A stretch of DNA of 36,438 bases from assembly GCA_002382125.1 (NCBI GenBank), contig DFZP01000019.1, positions 1 to 36,438 of the forward strand, given 5' to 3'. Numbering within the stretch: the stretch's first letter is position 1; every line of letters starts with the position of its first letter. The translations under genes were made by a program, and so were the position numbers. The notes under the pieces were generated by a model. That model was given only the letters and a program-made list of their open reading frames with translations. It was not told the DNA's origin and made no database searches. Of the stretch, positions 26,465-33,754 are shown one piece after another. This DNA comes from Firmicutes bacterium UBA4053 (GTDB taxonomy: Bacteria > Bacillota > Desulfotomaculia > Desulfotomaculales > Nap2-2B).

Positions 26465-27321
26465 AAGTCATTTTTCCCTCTGGCCTCCAGTTCAGCCTTG
26501 CGAATTTTCCAGAAGGCCGGCTTCCTTTTTTCTAAAAAGGCCCGGCTGCCTTCTCTTGCTTCCGGGCTGGTAAACCAGTCAGGATACATTGACCTGGACA
26601 ATTGGCCGCAAGAACTGGCCATGTAGTCAATTTCCATGTCAAAACTGGCCTTAAGAATTTCTATACATCCGGGACTTAGAGCCAGTATTTCCGCACACCA
26701 TTTGTCTACTTCTTCATCCATTTTTTCTACAGGGATTACTGTATTTACAAGCCGCATTTCCAGCGCTTCCTTGGCCGTATACTTGCGGCAGAGCATATAT
26801 ATTTCACGTGCCTTTTTTGTTCCCACTACACGTGTCAGGTAGGCTACGATATAGCCATCGACCGGGCTTGCCACACGCGGCCCGCCCTGGGCAAAAACGG
26901 CATTATCGGCGGCAATGGTAAAATCACTGAAGTAAGCAAGGGAGTTGCCAATTCCCACACACCATCCCTTAACTGCCGCAATTACCGGCTTGCGCGACAT
27001 CCTTATTATTTGGATGGGAGGGTACTTCCAGTAGACCTGCTCTCTTAGACCTTTTTCTTCCCACTCTACATCTCCACCGGCGCAAAATGCCTTATTTCCT
27101 GAGCCAGTAAGCACTATAACCCCGATCGTCAGGTCATGACTGGCATCGTAAAAAGCGTGGAACATTTCGTTCATTGTATGATCCGTAAGAGTATTGAGCT
27201 TATCTGGCCGGTTGATTGTAATCCGGGCCACACCGCCTTCTAATTCCTGATGGTATTTTTTTTCGTATAAAATGTCGTTGAAATTATATTCTTCTATCTG
27301 TTTCCAATCTGTCCACTTCAT
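26461..27321 (-). CDS. MenB/BadI-subfamily crotonase (DHNA-CoA synthase / 2-ketocyclohexanecarboxyl-CoA hydrolase-like)
   Basis: Start refined to the ATG at 27321 (MKWTDW), with AAGGAGG SD 8 nt upstream. The protein is colinear with the remembered MenB pattern: 'FNDILYEKK..GVARITINRPDKLN', 'AFCAGGD', 'PVIAAVKGWCVGIGN', 'IAADNAVFAQGGPRV', 'VGTKKAREIYMLCRKYTAKEALEMRLVN' and 'FLEKRKPAF'. No other men genes are nearby. Confidence 0.8.
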   Translation of the reverse strand: MKWTDWKQIEEYNFNDILYEKKYHQELEGGVARITINRPDKLNTLTDHTMNEMFHAFYDASHDLTIGVIVLTGSGNKAFCAGGDVEWEEKGLREQVYWKYPPIQIIRMSRKPVIAAVKGWCVGIGNSLAYFSDFTIAADNAVFAQGGPRVASPVDGYIVAYLTRVVGTKKAREIYMLCRKYTAKEALEMRLVNTVIPVEKMDEEVDKWCAEILALSPGCIEILKASFDMEIDYMASSCGQLSRSMYPDWFTSPEAREGSRAFLEKRKPAFWKIRKAELEARGKNDF

Positions 27322-27341
27322 GGTATGGGCCTCCTTGACTT

Positions 27342-28172
27342 TTAAAAACAACCTAGTTCACATGCTTTTAGTTTTATCTTCAGGCTGTTGCAGGCATTTG
27401 CGACCGTGCGCGGCCTTACCCCCAGTTTTGTCGCCAGTTGGTGCGCTGCCGTGCAGGCAAGCCTCCCGTCTGGTGCGGCCTTTTTAACTGCTTCCAGCAC
27501 GCGTGACGGTACTTCCGTTCCTTCTGCGGTCCCGGTTGCCGGTCTTTGATGGCTGGCCAGCTTTTCGGCAAAATAGTGTCCGGCATAAATTGCACCCAGG
27601 GGGTTATGTGCCAGCACACGGTCTTTTACCGCCAGAACGGTTACCGGGGCAGTGGAGTAACGGATAAATAATGTGTCGTGACCTACGCACAGGCCCAGTA
27701 TAACATTTAACTGGGTGCCTGCCTCGTTTAAAAGTTTTGCCTGGGCGATGGGATTGCACATTGGTTCAAACTGTCCTGGGCGTACCTTCTGGTTTTCGTG
27801 TACGCCCAGGTGTTCTTTGGCTAAAGATCCTGTTTTGCAAACCACGGAACTGACTTCAAACCCGGCGCTGGCAAAAATCTTGGCTACCTGTCGTGCTTCT
27901 TCGCGCAGTCCTATGCAGAAAGCCAGTCCCAGTTTTTCAAAACCAGCGCGCCAGCAGAATTCTATAATTTCCTCCAGCCTGGTCCAGATATTGTAACCTG
28001 TGGCTTCCACTATGGCGGCATTACGGGCGATGTTGTTTATTTCTTCCTTTTGGTATTCCTGTAACGTTTCTTCGTAAAGTTCCTGATGATCTTGCATGGG
28101 GCAGTGCCCCGGGATTTTTTCCGGTTGATCCTGGCGGCACGCAAATATGCCGCAATTGGCGCAGTTGCTCAA
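27342..28172 (-). CDS. DUF1847-family Cys-rich protein with an extra ~71-aa C-terminal domain
   Basis: Start refined to the TTG at 28172 (LSNCANCG...), with AAAGGAGA SD 7 nt upstream. The core 'CANCGIFAC...GHCPM', 'GLAFCIGL', 'CKTG', 'MCNPIAQA', 'GLCVGHDTLF' and 'KDRVLAHNP' matches my memory of DUF1847. The C-terminal extension ends in 'KACELGCF'. Confidence 0.65.
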   Translation of the reverse strand: MSNCANCGIFACRQDQPEKIPGHCPMQDHQELYEETLQEYQKEEINNIARNAAIVEATGYNIWTRLEEIIEFCWRAGFEKLGLAFCIGLREEARQVAKIFASAGFEVSSVVCKTGSLAKEHLGVHENQKVRPGQFEPMCNPIAQAKLLNEAGTQLNVILGLCVGHDTLFIRYSTAPVTVLAVKDRVLAHNPLGAIYAGHYFAEKLASHQRPATGTAEGTEVPSRVLEAVKKAAPDGRLACTAAHQLATKLGVRPRTVANACNSLKIKLKACELGCF

Positions 28173-28298
28173 ATAAATCGTCTCCTTTCTAAAAAACACC
28201 AGGCACCAGAAGCATACAGGCACAAAAGTACACAGGAAATATTTTGTGCCTGTATGTCTTTGCCGCTTTTTACCTTTTGGATAATTCCTTTTGCGATC

Positions 28299-28601
28299 TT
28301 AAGCAGGTATAATGGAACCTGTTTTACACTTGGCCAGGCACTCGCCACAGCGTATGCAGGTATCCGGGTCAATAGAATGAGGTTCCTTTTTATTTCCAGA
28401 GACGGCGCCGGTTTCACAAACCTTGACGCACATCTGGCAACCCTTACAGGTTTCCGGGTCTACCTTGAGCGGCGGTATTTCAATGCCTGCAGCAGCAGCA
28501 GCATCCTTTACCTTGGCGCCCGGAGGCACTACGAATTGTATATCACCTAATTTTATCACAACTTCTTTAGGAACCTTTTGTGCTTCGGCTATTTTCCCCA
28601 C
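28299..28601 (-). CDS. 2x[4Fe-4S] ferredoxin-domain protein with a ~45-aa N-terminal extension
   Basis: Two CX2CX2CX3C motifs are present (CKGCQMCVKVC and CIRCGECLAKC). The annotated GTG start directly abuts the G-rich SD, so the exact start is uncertain. Confidence 0.8.
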   Translation of the reverse strand: MGKIAEAQKVPKEVVIKLGDIQFVVPPGAKVKDAAAAAGIEIPPLKVDPETCKGCQMCVKVCETGAVSGNKKEPHSIDPDTCIRCGECLAKCKTGSIIPA

Positions 28602-28689
28602 CCCCTTGTTTAGTATATTTTTTTAGAATGTATTTCGTTATAGCACTGACTATTTCCTTCTTTTGCTGAAAAGATGTTTAAAGATGTGT

Positions 28690-30396
28690 TTAATTTGAAT
28701 ACGCGCTGACCATATAACTGCCGATTCCCTGGACGATAGCTTGTGCCGCGTTTTCCAGGAATTGTTCTGTGGTCATTAATCTTTCTTCCTCCGGGTTGGA
28801 AATAAAGGCTACTTCAATTAAAACTGCGGGCATGGTTGTTTCCCGCAAAACAACGAAGTCGTCCTGACGGGTGCCTTTATCCTCCAACTGGAGAATAGCT
28901 AATAATGCATTTTGGATATGCTCTGCCAGTTGGCGGCTTTTTGCCAGACGTTCATCTTTATTTGTGTCGCTGCGCATGTAATAGGTGCTTGTCCCTTTTA
29001 AGAGCGTGCTGGTGTTGGAGTTCATGTGGATGCTGACAAATATGCCGGCGCCAACTGCATTGGCCTGCTGGGGACGGGCATACAAATTTACGTCATAGTC
29101 ACCGCTGCGGGTAAATATTACACTGGCGCCATAACCCTCCAATAAGCGGGCGGTGCGCCTGGCTACCTCCAGGTTGACGTTTTTTTCTTTCAGGCCGAGT
29201 GTTTTCCCGATTGCGCCGGGTTCGGCGCCGCCGTGTCCCGGGTCCAAAACAATTATTCTACCTTTTAATGCTTCTTTGATGTTGGGAACAAAAATATCCA
29301 ACGTAATACTTTTTTGATCCGCTGACGCTTCTGCTTTGTAAAGAACCTGTTCGTTTAAATCAAAGACTAGCCGCGTTATATCGGGGTTTTGGCTAAACCA
29401 GCCTACCCTCAGCCTGCTTACAGCCTTTGCGTTTATGGTCTGGCTAGAAGGTAAATCACCTGGAGCCGCGCCGTGAATATCCATCACCAGGCGATCCGGG
29501 TCACGCAGGCGAAAAATGTTGTAAGCCAATTCTTGATCGCTGGTTACCTCAACTCTGGTCAGTTCATTTTCCTGCTTCACGGTTAATTTTACAACTGCTG
29601 CCTGCTTTTCGTTGTTTTCCCCGGCCGGTTTTTCCCCTTCGTTTACCCCGTTGCCGGATGGCGCAACCGGTAAAGCCGGATCGTCACCGGGAACAGAAAT
29701 GACCGGCTCAGATTTTTCCGGAACCGGCGGCGAGACAGGGGGTGATGAGGACTCTTCTGTTACATACCAGGCTACGATCCAACCCATTTTGCCGTCCGGC
29801 ATCTGTACCTTGTACCAGTCCGCGGACTTGTCCAGCACCGGCAGCCTGACCCCCCTGCTTACCTGGAGCAGTACATCGTGGTTTGTCGCCGGTCCGCTGC
29901 GGATATTTACCGTATCACCCTGCACGATCAGTTCCCGCCAGGGGCTTTTTTCTGCCGGTTTGCTTATGCTGATCAGCCGGGAAGCAGGATCCCATTGCAC
30001 ATTAGCCCCCAATGCTTCGCCAACAAAACGCAAGGGGACCATTGTCCTGCTTTTAATAATTTTAGCCGGCGCCTCTAAAGCAAGCTCTTCTGTGTTTTTT
30101 AAAGCTATGGTATTGCCGATGACCAGTTTAACGGTAACATTTTCCTTAACCATGGTTACAGTTTTACTTTTTTCTTCCCAGTTTACGCGGGCGCCCAACG
30201 CTTCAGAAATAGCTCTGAAAGGGACCAGCGCCCGGCCGTTTTCAATAACGGGGGGAGCATCAAAAGTTATTTCCCGGCCATCCACCTGAACTTTTACCGG
30301 CGGGAAAGCAGCCGGGGCTGCCAAAGAGCCTTGAGCGTAAAACAACATGCCCAGGATTAAAAAACATGTTTTAAAAATATAGTTTCTGACCGACAT
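28690..30396 (-). CDS. Secreted multidomain N-acetylmuramoyl-L-alanine amidase (CuAO-N-like, SH3b, AMIN, Amidase_3)
   Basis: A signal peptide (LILGMLFYAQGSLAAP) is followed by two copper-amine-oxidase-N-like repeats ('ALVPFRAISEALGARVNW' and 'TMVPLRFVGEALGANVQW'). Next come an SH3b domain ('VNIRSGPA...WYKV...GWI'), a Pro-rich linker and an AMIN-like domain. The protein ends in an Amidase_3 domain ('IVLDPGHGG...GA', 'SIHMNS', 'EVAFISN'). Confidence 0.85.
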   Translation of the reverse strand: MSVRNYIFKTCFLILGMLFYAQGSLAAPAAFPPVKVQVDGREITFDAPPVIENGRALVPFRAISEALGARVNWEEKSKTVTMVKENVTVKLVIGNTIALKNTEELALEAPAKIIKSRTMVPLRFVGEALGANVQWDPASRLISISKPAEKSPWRELIVQGDTVNIRSGPATNHDVLLQVSRGVRLPVLDKSADWYKVQMPDGKMGWIVAWYVTEESSSPPVSPPVPEKSEPVISVPGDDPALPVAPSGNGVNEGEKPAGENNEKQAAVVKLTVKQENELTRVEVTSDQELAYNIFRLRDPDRLVMDIHGAAPGDLPSSQTINAKAVSRLRVGWFSQNPDITRLVFDLNEQVLYKAEASADQKSITLDIFVPNIKEALKGRIIVLDPGHGGAEPGAIGKTLGLKEKNVNLEVARRTARLLEGYGASVIFTRSGDYDVNLYARPQQANAVGAGIFVSIHMNSNTSTLLKGTSTYYMRSDTNKDERLAKSRQLAEHIQNALLAILQLEDKGTRQDDFVVLRETTMPAVLIEVAFISNPEEERLMTTEQFLENAAQAIVQGIGSYMVSAYSN

Positions 30397-30748
30397 ATTA
30401 TCATCTCTACTCCAATCAGCGTTAATTTTTATTGTTCCTATGGTTTATAGACGTGTGGGGGAAGTAAAAGGTTCCCTCTTTTTTGACTTTATTCTACTTA
30501 AATAAGTAAGTGACTGACAAGTAGTTACGTAATTTTTCGTAAATATTTAATAAGGCTGTTTACCATCTTTCTATATATTTAGACAAAATTTGCACCTTAA
30601 AGGTTCCGGTTCGAAATATTTTAATTTAGAAATTTTATAAAATAAACTGGCGCGGGAAAAATAAAAGAAGGAAAATGTTGATCGCAGGCCGAATTTTTTA
30701 TTGTAGGAGAATTTGTTTTTATATTTTTTTCAGGAGGTTACAGTTAAG

Positions 30749-31747
30749 GTGACAAAGGTTTATTATGAGGCTGACGCACAACTGGAAGCTTTACGCGGTA
30801 AGAAAATAGCGGTGCTGGGGTATGGCAGCCAGGGTCATGCCCAGGCGCAGAACCTAAAGGACAGCGGCCTGGATGTGATAGTTGGTGAACTAAAGGAGAG
30901 CAATGCATGGAATCAGGCCCAAAAAGATGGGCTTGAGGTGGCTACCGCTTCCGAAGCAGCCAGGGCAGGGGATATCATCCAGTTTTTGATTCCCGACCAG
31001 TTCCAGGCCGGGGTTTACAAGAAAGAGGTGGAGGCCTGCCTGGAAAAAGGAAATGCATTGATGTTTTCTCATGGGTTCAACATCCACTTTCACCAGATTG
31101 TCCCACCGCCAGACATAGATGTAATAATGATTGCGCCTAAAGGGCCCGGTCACCTGGTGCGCAGGATGTATACAGAAGGAAGAGGTGTGCCTGCCCTGCT
31201 GGCTGTTTACCAGGACTATACGGGTAAGGCGAAAGAGATTGCTTTGGCTTATGCCAAAGGTATTGGAGCCGCCCGTGCCGGTGTCATTGAAACAACCTTT
31301 AAGGAAGAAACAGAAACCGATTTGTTTGGCGAACAGACCGTGCTCTGTGGCGGCATAACCGCCCTGATCAAAGCAGGGTTTGAAACGCTGGTGGAGGCGG
31401 GCTACCAGCCTGAAATTGCTTATTTTGAATGTTTGCACGAGTTAAAGTTGATTATTGATCTGATTTATGAGGATGGCCTGGCGATGATGCGTTATTCAGT
31501 AAGTGATACGGCAGAGTACGGTGATCTGACCAGGGGGCCGCGGGTGATTAACGAGCAGGTCAGGTCAGAAATGAAGCGTATTCTTAAAGAAATTCAAACC
31601 GGTGAGTTTGCCAGGGAGTGGATTTTGGAAAATCAAGCCAACCGGCCGGTTTTCCAGGCCCTGCGGGAAAGAGAAAAGGAGCATTTAATTGAAGAAGTGG
31701 GGGCTAAGTTGCGGGGGATGATGCCCTGGCTGAGGAACAATGGCTAG
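30749..31747 (+). CDS. ilvC: Ketol-acid reductoisomerase (class I)
   Basis: Start refined to the GTG at 30749 ([10 protein letters not shown]), with AGGAGG at 30732-30737. Motifs are '[22 protein letters not shown]', '[10 protein letters not shown]', 'APKGPGH' and '[11 protein letters not shown]'. The track start at 30713 adds a non-homologous [12 protein letters not shown]. Confidence 0.95.
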   Translation: MTKVYYEADAQLEALRGKKIAVLGYGSQGHAQAQNLKDSGLDVIVGELKESNAWNQAQKDGLEVATASEAARAGDIIQFLIPDQFQAGVYKKEVEACLEKGNALMFSHGFNIHFHQIVPPPDIDVIMIAPKGPGHLVRRMYTEGRGVPALLAVYQDYTGKAKEIALAYAKGIGAARAGVIETTFKEETETDLFGEQTVLCGGITALIKAGFETLVEAGYQPEIAYFECLHELKLIIDLIYEDGLAMMRYSVSDTAEYGDLTRGPRVINEQVRSEMKRILKEIQTGEFAREWILENQANRPVFQALREREKEHLIEEVGAKLRGMMPWLRNNG

Positions 31748-31787
31748 GTTCAGACAGGCTTAAGTGTTAACAAAAACTTCATAATTT

Positions 31788-31913
31788 CTGTTCTCCGAGT
31801 TCGCCGGCCTGTGGTCTTATGACTATGACCGGCAGACCGGCAGGGTGCACCGGGAAACTGGTGCGCCTCCCAGTGTGGAAAGGAGGGCATGGTCATGCTA
31901 AGGAAAGGATAGA
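31788..31913 (+). promoter_or_regulatory. Candidate molybdenum/tungsten cofactor (Moco/Tuco) riboswitch aptamer
   Basis: It contains CUCCGAG (31793-31799), GCGCCUCCC (31863-31871) and GGAAAGGAGG (31877-31886), which are the conserved blocks I remember from the Moco RNA motif. There are nested helices (gccgg/ccggc; gcacc/ggtgc; cctcc/ggagg). The element lies upstream of a tungstate-binding protein gene and is followed by a terminator. Not verified with a covariance model. Confidence 0.6.
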
Positions 31914-31962
31914 AGGGGCTGTGCTTTGCTCTTTTGCAAAACACAGCCCTTGTTTTATGTTT
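31914..31962 (+). terminator. Intrinsic terminator (probable expression platform of the riboswitch)
   Basis: gggctgtg (31916-31923) pairs with cacagccc (31942-31949) and is followed by ttgttttatgttt. Confidence 0.7.
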
Positions 31963-32050
31963 AACCTCGAACACCAGAGAAAGGAAAATGAAGAAACTGT
32001 TCCCATGCTGTTGGGCAAATTAAAAAACATAATTAAAGGAGAGTAAAATA

Positions 32051-32914
32051 ATGATTAAAAAATATTTATCAATCATCTTGGCTTCTTTTTTCCTACTTGG
32101 CGTGGCGGCAGGTTGCGGCCAGCAGAAGCAGGCGGCCGGACCTGAAGTCAAAAATGTAATTTTGGCTACCACTACCAGCACGCAGGACAGTGGCCTGCTG
32201 GATGCGCTCATCCCGGAGTTTGAAAAAAAGACAGGCTATAAGGTAAAGACCATTGCGGTAGGTACGGGTCAAGCGTTGGCCATGGGTGAAAAAGGCGAGG
32301 CTGATGTTTTGCTGGTGCATGCTCCGGCGGCAGAAAAAGAACTGGTGGACAGCGGGGTGGGAATTAACTACCGCCTGGTGATGCATAATGATTTTATCGT
32401 GCTGGGACCCCCTGATGACCCGGCAGGTATAAAATCAGCAGCCGGCACTTTGGACGCCTTTAAGAAAATAGCCACCACGCAAAGCACTTTTGTTTCCAGG
32501 GGCGACGAATCGGGAACTCACAAAAAGGAGCAATCCATCTGGACAAAAGCCGGGATTGAACCGGCAGGAAAATGGTACCAGCAGTCGGGTACGGGAATGG
32601 GTAACACGTTGAACATTGCTTCAGAAAAGAGGGCTTGCACATTGTCCGACCGGGCCACTTACCTTGCCCAGAAGAAAAATGTAAAACTGGATATTCTCTA
32701 CCAGGGAGATAAAACTCTTTTGAATATTTATCACGTGATGCAGGTTAATCCAGAAAAATTTGATAAAGTAAATGCAGCAGGCGGGAAGGCTTTTGTGGAA
32801 TTCATGGTTTCTCCTCAAACTCAAAAAATTATTGGAGATTTTGGTGTGGATAAGTTTGGCGAACCGCTGTTTATCCCCGACGCCGGCAAAAAAGAAGCAG
32901 ATCTGGGCAAGTAG
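32051..32914 (+). CDS. tupA: Tungstate ABC transporter substrate-binding lipoprotein (TupA-like)
   Basis: AAAGGAGAG SD. There is a lipoprotein signal with a lipobox (LLGVAAG-C). 'ILATTTSTQDSGLLDALIPEFEKKTGYKVK' contains the TTTS..DSGL anion-binding signature I associate with TupA. Confidence 0.78.
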   Translation: MIKKYLSIILASFFLLGVAAGCGQQKQAAGPEVKNVILATTTSTQDSGLLDALIPEFEKKTGYKVKTIAVGTGQALAMGEKGEADVLLVHAPAAEKELVDSGVGINYRLVMHNDFIVLGPPDDPAGIKSAAGTLDAFKKIATTQSTFVSRGDESGTHKKEQSIWTKAGIEPAGKWYQQSGTGMGNTLNIASEKRACTLSDRATYLAQKKNVKLDILYQGDKTLLNIYHVMQVNPEKFDKVNAAGGKAFVEFMVSPQTQKIIGDFGVDKFGEPLFIPDAGKKEADLGK

Positions 32915-32976
32915 GGTTTTTCTTGTCCTTTAGGCATTATTTTCCTATCGTGTCTTTTCAAAGGAATTGTGGTAAT

Positions 32977-33720
32977 ATGACAAACGAAACGGTTATTCTG
33001 GAAGCCAGGAATCTCCTGGTGCTGCGGGGAAAACGGGAAGTCTTAAACATAGAGAGATTTTCGTTGGGAAAAAACGAAGTGGTTGCCTTGGTTGGGGCCA
33101 ATGGGGCCGGCAAGAGCACTTTGCTGCAGGCGCTGGCCCTGCTTCTTCATCCTGCCCAGGGAGTGGTGGAGTTTTACGGCCAAAAGGCTGATAATTCTAA
33201 TGTCCTGGCCTTTCGCCGCCGCATGGCTTTTGTGTTTCAGGAGCCGCTGTTGCTCAATACCACTGTGTTTGACAATGTTGCCGCGGGCCTTAAAATACGT
33301 GGTTTCCCCCGCCGGGAGATACCACACCGGGTAGGCTACTGGCTGGAGCAGTTGGGTATATCTTCCCTGGCCGGGCGTCACGCGCACCTGCTTTCCGGGG
33401 GCGAAGCACGTCGGGTAAGTCTGGCCAGGGCTTTTGCCTTAGAACCGGAGGTGCTCTTCTTAGACGAGCCTTTTTCAGCCCTGGATTTTTTAACCCGCAT
33501 TGGTCTTTTGGAAAAACTGGGCGAATTATTGTCTGCCACTGGAATAAGCGCCGTCTTTGTTACCCACGACTTTTTCGAGGTACCCTTTCTTACCGACCGG
33601 ATAACGGTTTTAAAGCAGGGGCGGTTGGTTAAAACCGGGAGTTTCGAAGAAGTATTTAAAATCAAACCACGCCGGGAAACCTTCGCCACCTCTTTATATC
33701 GCATCTTTCAGAGTGAATAG
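32977..33720 (+). CDS. ABC transporter ATP-binding protein (TupC-like by context)
   Basis: Probable ATG start at 32977 (MTNETVILEARN). It has Walker A 'GANGAGKST', signature 'LSGGEARRV', Walker B 'LFLDEPFSALD' and H-loop 'VTHD'. No transmembrane subunit gene lies adjacent. Confidence 0.8.
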   Translation: MTNETVILEARNLLVLRGKREVLNIERFSLGKNEVVALVGANGAGKSTLLQALALLLHPAQGVVEFYGQKADNSNVLAFRRRMAFVFQEPLLLNTTVFDNVAAGLKIRGFPRREIPHRVGYWLEQLGISSLAGRHAHLLSGGEARRVSLARAFALEPEVLFLDEPFSALDFLTRIGLLEKLGELLSATGISAVFVTHDFFEVPFLTDRITVLKQGRLVKTGSFEEVFKIKPRRETFATSLYRIFQSE

Positions 33721-33754
33721 GGCAAAAAACTGTAAAAAACTGGCAAGAATCAAT

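Noticed and set aside
26461-27321. Calling the MenB-like crotonase menB (menaquinone biosynthesis)
   Set aside because: No other men genes are in the neighbourhood. The 'GGDQ' motif is changed to 'GGDV', and the operon partners are a ferredoxin and DUF1847. I kept the subfamily-level call only.
29612-30289. 225-aa plus-strand ORF rich in Ser/Gly/Thr/Pro
   Set aside because: It is antisense to the amidase gene, whose domains are clearly recognisable. It is a compositional artefact of the Pro-rich linker region.
30675-30752. 25-codon upstream ORF ([25 protein letters not shown]) whose TGA overlaps the ilvC GTG start (GTGA), considered as a possible leader peptide
   Set aside because: The SD-to-ATG spacing is only about 2 nt. 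There is no run of Ile/Val/Leu codons and no alternative terminator/antiterminator structure. I also looked for a T-box (conserved GGUGGUACCGCG-type box) upstream of ilvC and found none.
31750-32046. ORFs 31750-31974 (minus strand) and 31819-32046 (plus strand)
   Set aside because: They lie in the region best explained as a riboswitch aptamer plus terminator. They have no SD, and their Arg/Gly/Cys-rich translations are typical of structured RNA.
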